From positions 832,001-896,000 of the forward strand of contig CBDCVR010000013.1 in NCBI GenBank assembly GCA_965223155.1: a DNA stretch of 64,000 bases. Direction: 5' to 3'. This document shows positions 10,257 to 19,536 of this stretch, one piece after another (position 1 is the stretch's first letter; each line of letters starts with the position of its first letter). The notes beneath the pieces are model-generated. The model saw nothing but the letters and a program-made list of their open reading frames with translations, did not search any database and had not been told where the DNA came from. This DNA comes from Candidatus Multivoradales bacterium (GTDB lineage Bacteria; Acidobacteriota; Thermoanaerobaculia; Multivoradales; JAHEKO01). A program made the translations under genes and the position numbers.

Positions 10257-12484
10257 GGTAGGTGGCGGGAGAGATCGAACGTCACCACATTGTGGGCCGC
10301 ATCGGTAACGCGAAGCAAGACCATCTCGGGCGTGAGGGACCGAATCGGCAGGAGCACGGTCTCCCGCACCCCGTCCAGGAGCCCATCCGCCGCCGGCGCC
10401 GGCAGCCATGCCTCAGCGTCCATGCTGTAGAGCGCCTCGATCAGCGGATTGGCCGCATCCAAGACTTGCACGGTGAACGTGCCTGTGTCGGTACTCACCT
10501 TGCCCAGGGTCGGAGGCGTGTGATCCACGATCACGGGTTCGCTCACCTGCTCGGCGGAGAGCGCCGGCTCCAGGTCCTTGGCGGCGCGGTCCGCAACCTC
10601 GAGCTTGAACCGGTAGACCCCATCCGGCAGGGCGGTGGCGTCGAAGCTCCAGTACGAAGCCTCGAGGTCGTCCTCCATTAGCAGCCAACTGGCTCCGTCT
10701 TCGTCGCGGCGAAAGAACAACCGATACCGCAGGTCGTCCTTGTTGGGATCCTCGGCCTCCCAAGACAGGGTCCGGTAGCCCCTCTTCCACAACGTCTTGC
10801 CCTTGCGCTCCCTCGAGGGAGAGCTTGCCTTGAGCGGGGTGAAGATGCCATTGCGGTCAGGACGCGAGGGCTCGAAGGTGGTCGAACCGGCGCCGCCGGG
10901 AGGCGCGATGACCTCGCCCGGAGACAGAACCTCGAGCGACTTGATCCGCGGCCGGAGGTTCTGCTGCCGGTAGGAGACCGTAACCCTGCTGAGATCGGGA
11001 GAATCGCCGTTGGCCGAGGTCAGCTCGGCGCGCCACTGGAGGTACCGGCCGGGCGGAACCACCGCAAGCGACAGCTCGCTGCCGCCGGCTCGGGCCTCGC
11101 CCCCGCTCCAGGCCGACCAGGTTCGATCGGGGCGCGAGCTCATGCCGCTGCGATAGGAAAACCGGATCTCGGTGCCCTTGGGCCGCGCGCCCACCCAGCG
11201 CAGAGTGCCGAAATCGGCCACCGCCTCGGCGTCCAGAACCGGGCCGAGATAGGTTCCTACCCGCTCCGGCCGGCCCGAGGTCGCGAACAGAGCCGCTGAA
11301 TTCGTGGTGGCGTAAACCGGCCCCGAGGCGCCTCCCAACACAGCCACGACCTGACGCTCGTCAAGATCCTTTTCGAGCACCAGGGTGGTTCCCCGAAGGC
11401 CAAAGACCTTGCCCTCGAGACCGGTCCCGATCCAAAGCCGATCGTGGCTCCAGTGAAGCGCATACACGGTTTCGGCCTTGAAGCGCGCCACGCTATCGAC
11501 GGTGCCCTCGGCGCCGATGCGCAGGATCTCGGAGCGCGGCCCCTGGAAACCGGAAGGCCGGGTGCCGACCGCCGGGCCGCCGTGCGGCTCACCCTGCGAG
11601 GTCACCGTGACCCGCACCTCGCCGCCGCCGGATCCGGACTCCTCGCCCGTGTTCGCGGCGGCCCCGGGCGCCGGTCCGGCCGGCGGCAGCTGCTGCTTGG
11701 TCAGATCCACCCAGCTGGCTTCGGACGCGAGCACGGCTGCGTAGCAGGCGCCGTCTTCGCCCTCGGCGAACGCCACCACCTCGGGCTGCTCGGCGTCGTG
11801 GAGCGTCCGCACCTTACGCCCGCCCTCGCTCAGCCGCAGTACCAGGCCGTCGCCGGCCGTGCCCACGAGAACGTCACCGTCGGCCAGGATCTTGATGGTC
11901 CGCAAATGGGTGTCGGCGGAGTCGAAGAGCACTTCCCCGCCGCCATCGGGCCCGACCCGGAAGAGCTTGCCGCTGGTGCCCGTAGCGACCAGAAGCGAGC
12001 CGTCCGCAGCGCCCTCGATGTCCCAGATATACGTCTCCCCCGGCGAGAACAAGTCCTCTCCGGCTCCGTCGCGAATCCGGTAGACGCCGCCGTTGGGCGA
12101 GCTGCCGGCGTAGACCGTTCCATGGTCATCGGCCCATACCGCAAAGATCTCCGGCTCCGGCGCCACGAACAGAGTCTGGATCGAGCCGTCGTCGCCGACC
12201 AGCACGACCTTGCCGCCGTTGCCGGTGCCCACCACCCACCCGCGCGGGTGACGAGCCACGCTCAAGAGAAACGGCTCGCCGATCTCGGCCAGCCGGTCCA
12301 CGTGCTCGGCCAAGGACAGCTTCCCGAGCCGGTCGATGGCGATGCCCTCCAGGGTGCCCTCCAGGAACTCGGCCTGCGAGGCCATCTCGAAAAATCGGAC
12401 CTCTCCGGCCGCCCGCGCCGAGCTCGCCGGAAACGCCGCCAAGCCAGCCACCAAGAGGACCGCTACTCGTTTCGTGCCACGCAT
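10253..12484 (-). CDS. Secreted beta-propeller/beta-sandwich hypothetical protein
   Basis: Signal peptide; repeated G-x-(L/V)-Y-x-GT..G propeller blades; co-oriented with the S55 gene. Confidence 0.7.
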   Translation of the reverse strand: MRGTKRVAVLLVAGLAAFPASSARAAGEVRFFEMASQAEFLEGTLEGIAIDRLGKLSLAEHVDRLAEIGEPFLLSVARHPRGWVVGTGNGGKVVLVGDDGSIQTLFVAPEPEIFAVWADDHGTVYAGSSPNGGVYRIRDGAGEDLFSPGETYIWDIEGAADGSLLVATGTSGKLFRVGPDGGGEVLFDSADTHLRTIKILADGDVLVGTAGDGLVLRLSEGGRKVRTLHDAEQPEVVAFAEGEDGACYAAVLASEASWVDLTKQQLPPAGPAPGAAANTGEESGSGGGEVRVTVTSQGEPHGGPAVGTRPSGFQGPRSEILRIGAEGTVDSVARFKAETVYALHWSHDRLWIGTGLEGKVFGLRGTTLVLEKDLDERQVVAVLGGASGPVYATTNSAALFATSGRPERVGTYLGPVLDAEAVADFGTLRWVGARPKGTEIRFSYRSGMSSRPDRTWSAWSGGEARAGGSELSLAVVPPGRYLQWRAELTSANGDSPDLSRVTVSYRQQNLRPRIKSLEVLSPGEVIAPPGGAGSTTFEPSRPDRNGIFTPLKASSPSRERKGKTLWKRGYRTLSWEAEDPNKDDLRYRLFFRRDEDGASWLLMEDDLEASYWSFDATALPDGVYRFKLEVADRAAKDLEPALSAEQVSEPVIVDHTPPTLGKVSTDTGTFTVQVLDAANPLIEALYSMDAEAWLPAPAADGLLDGVRETVLLPIRSLTPEMVLLRVTDAAHNVVTFDLSRHLP

Positions 12485-12488
12485 CGAT

Positions 12489-14624
12489 TCACCTCTCTTG
12501 ATCCTTCGACCCGTCCGGAGGCTCCGTCCCCGCCGGACGAGCCGGCGGGCTGGTGGTCTCCGTGCCGCCGTCGCCGGCCTCGGCGGCCTGCGACGGTGCC
12601 GGCCCGCTCCGGCGCACCGAGGGAACCAGCGGGCGCGCGCGCTTCACCTCGAGATCGATCCTGGCCAAGCCCTCGAGCGGACGGTCGAGCGGCACGGTGA
12701 TCTCCTGGGTTACGGCCACGGGCAGGGGCCGGGCCTGGCGCGCGCCGGACGCCGTCCAGTAGGACCGAATCGAGCCCGGCAGGTCCGGCAGCACCTCGCC
12801 GCGCACCGCCAGCCCGGGGGCTGCCACGATCCCCAGCACCCGGAGCTCCGAGCGCGAATGAAGCGAGTTCAAGAACTCCACCGCTTGCTCGAAGCTGACC
12901 GGCTCGAACGGCTCGAAAGCCAGGCGGGCGGCGTCGGTACTCAGGCCGTCGCCCACCAGCAACGTGTACCGGCCCTCGGCCAGGTCGGTGGGGATGTCCA
13001 CCCCAACCACGCGCCGCTGCCGAGGCCCACGGTATTCGGCGAGATCCACGTACACCTGAATCCGGTCTCCGGGCCGCACCACGGTGCTCGAAGCATGCGC
13101 TTCCTCGAGCGCCAGGAGGCGAGGCGCTGGATGCGGCGTCAGATCGACTTGAATGCCCTCGATCGACACGTCCTCGAGACGGTTGTTGAGCACGTAGCTG
13201 ACGAACGTGAACATCTGTACCGCCGCGGTGATTCCCGAGCCGGCGCCGTCAAAGCTCTGCCGGAGCGCGAGCTCGCCCGCCTCTCCGAGATCGAACCGAA
13301 CGTCCAGATCAAGGCTCTCGAGAGCGATCGAAGGCGTGCCGGAGCTCAGCGCTCCCAAGAGGCCGATCGCGGCCAGCGAAGGCGTCACCGCGGGGATCCG
13401 GGCCAGCGACAAGGACAGGTCCCGGCGGGGCTCGCCGCCGATCGCGATCTGCATCGGCACGGTCGGCGCCCGGCGTCCGATCGTGCCGTGAATCCCGGTG
13501 TGGTGGTCGAAATCCACGGCGCCGACGACCTGACCCAGGTTGGCGAGCTTGAACGAGGTGACTTGATTCGAGACCACGGTCACGATCTCGGCCGGAGCCA
13601 TGGGGATCTCCACGGCGCCCAGTCCCAGGAAGGGATGTCCAAAGGCCAGCACCTGGGCACCCGAACGCTCGGTGACGGTTCCGGTAGCCGCCAGCTTGAG
13701 ATCACCATCGACCAGAACCGCGGCCACCGCCGTGCCCGCCGCCAGCAGATCCTCGCCGGCAGCGACCAAATTCTCATCGGCGCCACCGGCAGCCTCCGAA
13801 CCGGCCAGGCTCCCGAGAGCGGTCACGGCGCCCAGCTCGGTGCCCAGGAGCTCGCGGGCCGCCGGACCGAAGCCGCCCATCACCATCTGGACGGCGGCTG
13901 GCGCTTCGCCCAGAACGGGCGCCCGCAAACTCGCCAGGGACGCGCGCAGGAGCCGCTCCATCCGTGTCTCATCGTGCCCCTGCTCCAGGTGCTCCGGGTC
14001 TCCGGTACCCGCATGAAAGTCTTCGTCGTGCCGCCCGTCCAGGCCGGCCGGACCGATCGCATCTCCCAGGGCCGTGCCTGGCAAGAGGTCGGCAAGGCGC
14101 ACGGCCTCGGACCCCGGCCCGGCGCCGGCCGGCCGCGCGAGTCCGGTGGTCCCAAGCCGGGGAGCCAGAGCGATCGCGCGCATGCTGGCCGCCGGCGTGA
14201 TGCCGGCGATAGGCTCGTTCGCGAACGACCAACCGAACGAGACCGCGCCTAGGAGACGGCCGTCAACATACACCGGGCTTCCGCTCATCCCGGCGATGAC
14301 CCCCGTTTCCTCCAGGTTCTGTCCCTCGAGCCGGGCCAGGACGTAGGACAGCCCGGGCTGCAGGTTCTGGAGAACGCCGAGGACCTCTACCTCGAAGCGC
14401 TCGATCTCGTTGCCCGAAAAGACGCTGACGCCGTATCCGCGCTGACCCTTCCGGACTTCTTCGAGTGGCAGGATCGCCGTAGGCGAAGCGGCTTGCGCCA
14501 CAGGCAAGCCGGGAAGAACCGAGCCGGCCAGCGCCGTGATCGCTGCGAACGCCCCGAGCCGGGAGCCGTGCCGTCGGTTGCACACAAATCGATGCAACGC
14601 GGTGAGCCCAAAGCGCAATCGCAA
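12489..14624 (-). CDS. SpoIVB peptidase S55 domain protein
   Basis: GVIAGMSGSPVY.DG.L.GAV, AFGHPF; start codon uncertain. Confidence 0.85.
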   Translation of the reverse strand: MRLRFGLTALHRFVCNRRHGSRLGAFAAITALAGSVLPGLPVAQAASPTAILPLEEVRKGQRGYGVSVFSGNEIERFEVEVLGVLQNLQPGLSYVLARLEGQNLEETGVIAGMSGSPVYVDGRLLGAVSFGWSFANEPIAGITPAASMRAIALAPRLGTTGLARPAGAGPGSEAVRLADLLPGTALGDAIGPAGLDGRHDEDFHAGTGDPEHLEQGHDETRMERLLRASLASLRAPVLGEAPAAVQMVMGGFGPAARELLGTELGAVTALGSLAGSEAAGGADENLVAAGEDLLAAGTAVAAVLVDGDLKLAATGTVTERSGAQVLAFGHPFLGLGAVEIPMAPAEIVTVVSNQVTSFKLANLGQVVGAVDFDHHTGIHGTIGRRAPTVPMQIAIGGEPRRDLSLSLARIPAVTPSLAAIGLLGALSSGTPSIALESLDLDVRFDLGEAGELALRQSFDGAGSGITAAVQMFTFVSYVLNNRLEDVSIEGIQVDLTPHPAPRLLALEEAHASSTVVRPGDRIQVYVDLAEYRGPRQRRVVGVDIPTDLAEGRYTLLVGDGLSTDAARLAFEPFEPVSFEQAVEFLNSLHSRSELRVLGIVAAPGLAVRGEVLPDLPGSIRSYWTASGARQARPLPVAVTQEITVPLDRPLEGLARIDLEVKRARPLVPSVRRSGPAPSQAAEAGDGGTETTSPPARPAGTEPPDGSKDQER

Positions 14625-15323
14625 CTAGCCGCCTCCCTCCACAGAGATTTCCACAGAGTCTGCGGAAAAGCCGTCGGCGTCGAGCGCCTCCCGACCCACG
14701 AGACCGGCCAAGCGATCGCGCTCGAAGGCTCCCCACCGCAGGACCCGGACGCCATCTGCTCCGGGCTCGACCAGAGTCGAAGGCGGCCCCCCTTCGAGAG
14801 GCCCGCCATCCACCACCGCCGCTGGGCCGGGGGCCGTTTTCAACAGCGCCGCTACTGCCTCCGGATCCAAGCACGGCGGCTCGCCGCTCCGGTTGGCGCT
14901 GGTCGCAGTCATGGCCGCGCCGGTGCGGGCCAGCAGCTCGCGCAGCTCGGCATGCGCCGGCACCCGCACCGCCAGGGAACCGCCGCCGGCAGCCGCCGGC
15001 AACGGTCGCTCGACCGGCAACACCAGCGACAAAGGCGCCGGCCAGGCGCCGGCCAGGGTATCCGCGTAGCTGTCTTTCCTGATTCGCATTCCAAGCCCGG
15101 CGAGCCGCATCGTATCCGCAACCACCACCGGCAGGGGCATGCCGCGCGGCCGCCCCTTGAGAGCGTATACGGTCTCCACGGCCCCGGCGTTTTCGGGATC
15201 GACTCCCAGACCGTATGAGGACTCGGTCGGGAAGGCCACGACCCCGCCCGCGGCAAGAAGCTCCGGAAGCTCAGAGGCGGCGCGGCGCCACTCCCACCAG
15301 ACGACGTTCCCCGACCTATCCAT
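14625..15323 (-). CDS. tsaC: L-threonylcarbamoyladenylate synthase (TsaC/Sua5)
   Basis: PTESSYGL, KGRP, TSANRSG. Confidence 0.9.
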   Translation of the reverse strand: MDRSGNVVWWEWRRAASELPELLAAGGVVAFPTESSYGLGVDPENAGAVETVYALKGRPRGMPLPVVVADTMRLAGLGMRIRKDSYADTLAGAWPAPLSLVLPVERPLPAAAGGGSLAVRVPAHAELRELLARTGAAMTATSANRSGEPPCLDPEAVAALLKTAPGPAAVVDGGPLEGGPPSTLVEPGADGVRVLRWGAFERDRLAGLVGREALDADGFSADSVEISVEGGG

Positions 15324-15344
15324 GGCTCGGCCTCGGTCTCGCCC

Positions 15345-17087
15345 CTAGCCCGAGCCGGCGATGAGCTCGGCCGCATGCGATCGGGAAAGCTCGGTGATCT
15401 CCGAGCCCGCCAGCATTCTCGCGATCTCTTCGACGCGGGCGTCAGAGTCCAGAGCCTCGACGCAGATCCGGGTGCGCCCACCGGCGATTGCCTTACGGGC
15501 TTGAAAATGGAGATCGCCGAAGCTCGCCACCTGCGGCAAGTGCGTGACGACGAGAACTTGGCCGCCGTTCGAGAGACGGTGCAGTTTCGTCCCCAAGGCC
15601 GCAGCCTCGGCGCCGCCGATGCCCGCGTCCACCTCGTCGAAGACCAGTCCCGGGGCCGCGGTGCGCTCCGCGTTCGTGGACTCCCTCGAGCCAGGCGCAC
15701 CGTCCGAGCCGGCGGCCAGCTGCAGCGCTAGATAGAGGCGGGCCAGCTCGCCGCCCGAGGCGACCTTGGCCACGGGTCCGGCGGCTTCACCCGGGTTGGC
15801 CCTGAGAGTGAATACCACCCGGTCCGCGCCGGCTGCAGAGAACTCGACCGGAGTCCCTTCGAGCTCCACCGGCGAACCGGCCTTGGGCACGATCTCGAGC
15901 TCGACGTCAAACTCGGCCTTGCCCATCGCGAGATCCGTCAGTTCGCGATGCACGCGTTTGGCCAGGTCCGCGGACCATCCGTGCCGGGCCTTGGAGAGTC
16001 GCCGGGCGACCTTCGAGTAGTTCGCCACGGCCTCGGCCAGGCGCATCTGCAAGCCAGCGCGATCCTCCTCGTCGGCCTCCAGGTCGCCAAGCTCGTCTTC
16101 GATCGTGGCGAGGTAGGTCAGCGCCTCGGCCGACGACCCTCCGTACTTGCGGAACAGACGCTCCAGCAGCGCCAGCCGGTCCTCGAGCTCGTCCAGGCGC
16201 CCCGGCTCCAGATCCACCCGGTCCAGCTCGCCGCGCAGCTCCCCCACCAGGTCCTGAAGCTCGCCCTGAAGGCCGTCCAAGCGCTCTTGCCAGGCCCCGG
16301 CCTCGGGCAGCCAGGCACCCAGACCTTCGAGGAGCCGCCCGCACCGTCCGATGCGGTCGAAGGCCGAGCCCTCCTGATCGAAAAGCGAGCCGACCGATTC
16401 GCCCAAAGCCTCGCTGATGGCCTCGGCGTTGCGCAGCCGGTCCCGGTCGCGGCGCAGCTCGACCTCCTCGGCCTCGCGGAGGCCGGCGCTCTGGATCTCA
16501 CCGATCTGAAACCGCAGCAAGTCGATTCGCTCGAGCCGCAGTTTGTCGCTGCCCGTGGCCCGCCGCCAGCGTTCCAGGGTTCCAAGAAGGGTCTCGTGGG
16601 CGGTGCCGGTCTGTTCGAGGAGCGCCGCCGCCTCGGCTCCGGCGCTGGCATCCAGCCAGCGTCTCTGGAGCTCGTTCGAAACCAGCCCCAGCTCGTCCCG
16701 CTGGGTATGAATGCGGAGCAGATAGGGCGCCAGACGCGCGAGCAGGGCCAGCGTCACCGGCCGGTCGTCGAGGTAGACGCGGTTCCGTCCCGAACGGCTG
16801 ATCTCTCGGCGCACCACGACTTCGGCGCCGGGCTCGAAGCCCGCTTCCTCGAGCACCGCACGCCAGCCCGAGCCTCTTGGCTCGAACCGGCCGTCCACCG
16901 ACAGCGCCTCGGCATCGGCCCGGATGAGGTCGGTGCTGGCGCGCGCGCCCGCCAGCAGGCAAAGCGCATCGATCAAGAGGGACTTCCCGGCACCGGTCTC
17001 GCCAGTCAGGACGTTCAATCCCGGGCCGAACTCGACCGAGACGTCCTCGATGACGGCGAGGTTCCGAACGTGCAGCTCTCTCAGCAT
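15345..17087 (-). CDS. recN: DNA repair protein RecN
   Basis: GETGAGKS, ASGGELAR, FDEVDAGIGG, VTHLPQVA. Confidence 0.95.
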   Translation of the reverse strand: MLRELHVRNLAVIEDVSVEFGPGLNVLTGETGAGKSLLIDALCLLAGARASTDLIRADAEALSVDGRFEPRGSGWRAVLEEAGFEPGAEVVVRREISRSGRNRVYLDDRPVTLALLARLAPYLLRIHTQRDELGLVSNELQRRWLDASAGAEAAALLEQTGTAHETLLGTLERWRRATGSDKLRLERIDLLRFQIGEIQSAGLREAEEVELRRDRDRLRNAEAISEALGESVGSLFDQEGSAFDRIGRCGRLLEGLGAWLPEAGAWQERLDGLQGELQDLVGELRGELDRVDLEPGRLDELEDRLALLERLFRKYGGSSAEALTYLATIEDELGDLEADEEDRAGLQMRLAEAVANYSKVARRLSKARHGWSADLAKRVHRELTDLAMGKAEFDVELEIVPKAGSPVELEGTPVEFSAAGADRVVFTLRANPGEAAGPVAKVASGGELARLYLALQLAAGSDGAPGSRESTNAERTAAPGLVFDEVDAGIGGAEAAALGTKLHRLSNGGQVLVVTHLPQVASFGDLHFQARKAIAGGRTRICVEALDSDARVEEIARMLAGSEITELSRSHAAELIAGSG

Positions 17088-17150
17088 CCCAGGCGCCTCC
17101 GGACCGCCATCGGGGCTTGCTGAGAACGTCTCATCCCGGAGGCCGAGTTC

Positions 17151-17534
17151 CTAGTGATTCCAGGTTGTCGCCACGGCCTCCGGGTCCTCCTGGATGTGAC
17201 GCTCGAAGCAAAGAAAATCATAGTAGCCGCAGCGGGCTGTGCCCGGGAACTCGCGGCAGATCTTGGGCCGAGCCTCGTAGATCCCACACTGGCGCGTCTC
17301 GGGATCCAGAAATCTGCAGGCGGTCCCGAAATGCTCGTCCTCCCGATGACGCAAGATCCGTTCGCCCTTCTTTTCACCCTTCTTGGTGTACTTCTTACGA
17401 GCCTTGCCGACCGAGATCCCGAAATGCCGGGCCAGCCGGGCCAGGTCCTTCTTCTTGACTTCGATGTTGGCGTAGGTACAACAGTACGCTGGACAGTTGT
17501 TGCAGTTATAGAAGACGCGGGCACCGCTCGCCAT
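17151..17534 (-). CDS. YkgJ-family cysteine cluster protein
   Basis: CNNCPAYCC...C.FLD...C.IYEARP.ICREFP. Confidence 0.85.
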   Translation of the reverse strand: MASGARVFYNCNNCPAYCCTYANIEVKKKDLARLARHFGISVGKARKKYTKKGEKKGERILRHREDEHFGTACRFLDPETRQCGIYEARPKICREFPGTARCGYYDFLCFERHIQEDPEAVATTWNH

Positions 17535-17598
17535 CTGCCGATCTTATTCGCTTTCGCGCGCTCGTTCGCCCGGCGGCTTGCCGAGCCTCACGGCGGGT

Positions 17599-18297
17599 CT
17601 ACTGGCAGCAGTCGATCAGCGCCTGGAGGTCGTGCACCGTGATGTGGTGCTTCGGGTCCACGGAGACGAATTCCTTCTCCTTGAACTCGACCACAACCTG
17701 GTTCACTCGTTCGCGAGACGCTCCGACGAGGGACGCGAGGTCGGTCTGGGTCAGACGCAGAGGAATCCGAACGTCCTCCTTCTGCCCGGCCTGGCCGTAG
17801 CGCTGCGCGAACGCCAGCAGTTGACGGGCGACACGGCCTCTGACGTCGAGGCTGGACAGAGCCTGGATCTGTTCGTTGGCCAACCTCAGACGGCGGCTGA
17901 GCAACCGAACCAGGTTGTACGAGAGCTGATTATTGGTTCGGAGCGTCTGCAGGAAGGCCGCTCGATCCATGCCCAGGCAGACGCACTCTTCGAGGGTCAG
18001 CACGCTGGCCGAACGCCCCGAGCTGCCGATCATACCCATCTCGCCGAAGGTATCCCCCGGACCCAGGAACGCGAGGATCACCTCCGAACCATCGAGCTGA
18101 TCGACGTAGATCTTCACCGAGCCGTGCAGCATGATGTAGACGACCTCGCCCGGCTGAGCGACGGTGATGATGTTGGTCCCCGCCGGAAACGTCTTCCGGT
18201 GTAGGAGCTGTTCGTTGAGCCGGCGCAGGTCGGCCTCGGCGAGGCCCTCGAACAGGGTCAGGTTCGACAGGACGGAAAGCTCCTCAACAGCCGGCAT
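17599..18297 (-). CDS. Crp/Fnr-family transcriptional regulator
   Basis: cNMP domain FGE...RSASV; HTH LTQTDLASLVGASRERVN. Confidence 0.95.
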   Translation of the reverse strand: MPAVEELSVLSNLTLFEGLAEADLRRLNEQLLHRKTFPAGTNIITVAQPGEVVYIMLHGSVKIYVDQLDGSEVILAFLGPGDTFGEMGMIGSSGRSASVLTLEECVCLGMDRAAFLQTLRTNNQLSYNLVRLLSRRLRLANEQIQALSSLDVRGRVARQLLAFAQRYGQAGQKEDVRIPLRLTQTDLASLVGASRERVNQVVVEFKEKEFVSVDPKHHITVHDLQALIDCCQ

Positions 18298-18436
18298 CGA
18301 CGCGATTTCCTCCTTCTATGGTCCCGAGTTACGCTTGTTCGAGCGCTCCGCTCGAGGCGCTCCAATCAAGGATGTTCCGGTTCCGAGATTGTAGCACCGA
18401 GACGGCGCCTCCGGCGTCCCGACACCGCGGTCCACA

Positions 18437-19480
18437 TTACGAACCGGCCCGAGCCTCGACGGCCGCGCATACCGCATCCAGATCCGCGAGCCCTGAGCGG
18501 TAGCAGAGTCGCTCGACCGGCAGGCTCACGACCACCTGCGCCAGGGCGTCGAGCCGCGCCGGCGCCAGCCCCACGGCCTCCACCAGCCGGGCATGGAACG
18601 CGAAACGCAGGAGCTCGACTACGCCCTGCCGGCGAGAAAGCGGCTCGAACGCCACGCCATCGTCCTGCCATTCGCGGCGCGCCTCCGACTCGGCGGCGGC
18701 ATCGGCAACCCGATCCAGAACGAAGAGCGCATCCAGCAAGCCGCCCAGGGACCGGCGCTGCCAGCGCCCACGATCGCCCACCGCCAGGCGCCGCTTCGAG
18801 CCTCCGAAGGTCTCCCGCGGCAACTCATGGCGCTCCTCGCCCACGAAGTAGCCGGCGATCTCGTCGGCCAGCGTCAGCTCGGGCACGCCGGGTAGGTGCT
18901 CGACGGTCTCGTCTGCAGGCCGAACCGGTAGGACGTCGCCGGTGACGAGGGCATGCCCCCGAGCCAGGAGAGCCGCCGCAAGGGTGCTTTTTCCGGTACC
19001 GCTCGCGCCCAGAAAGCCGACCCGCCGGCCACTTCCGGCAAGTTCGACCGCCGCGGCGTGCAGGCAAAGCCAGCCTCCCATCTCGAGCCACAGCGGCAAA
19101 GCCGTACCCAGGAAATAGGCTTCGACGGCGTCGTCGCCGACGTTCTCCAGCCGGCGAACGGTCACGATCGAGTCCGGTCTACCGTACTCGTCCCAGGAAT
19201 AGCCGAGGTCAAGGAGACGCCCGACCCGCAGAATGCCTCCTGGGCCATCTTCTTCCCGAAACCGCCCGAACCGATAGTAGGGAGTACCGTCGGCCAGGCA
19301 CAGAGGACTCGTGTAGATCCAGTCCGCTTCCGGCCCATCCTCAAAGGGATCCCCGGGCTCGACCTCGCACAGCTCAAGGTCCGGGACCACGCCGCTGCCG
19401 GGCTCCAAGGGCGCAGCCGCTGCAAACGGAAGCGCAACGCTGTGCCCAAAGAGGCGGTACGCGAAGGGCCCTTTCGACAT
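18437..19480 (-). CDS. HPr-kinase-like protein (putative lasso peptide kinase)
   Basis: LHAAAV, Walker A GASGTGKST; lies in the lasso cluster. Confidence 0.8.
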   Translation of the reverse strand: MSKGPFAYRLFGHSVALPFAAAAPLEPGSGVVPDLELCEVEPGDPFEDGPEADWIYTSPLCLADGTPYYRFGRFREEDGPGGILRVGRLLDLGYSWDEYGRPDSIVTVRRLENVGDDAVEAYFLGTALPLWLEMGGWLCLHAAAVELAGSGRRVGFLGASGTGKSTLAAALLARGHALVTGDVLPVRPADETVEHLPGVPELTLADEIAGYFVGEERHELPRETFGGSKRRLAVGDRGRWQRRSLGGLLDALFVLDRVADAAAESEARREWQDDGVAFEPLSRRQGVVELLRFAFHARLVEAVGLAPARLDALAQVVVSLPVERLCYRSGLADLDAVCAAVEARAGS

Positions 19481-19536
19481 CTGCGAAGCCTATCTCGGAA
19501 GCCTTGGTTCCTTCCGCCGAAGCGCCTAGAAACGGG

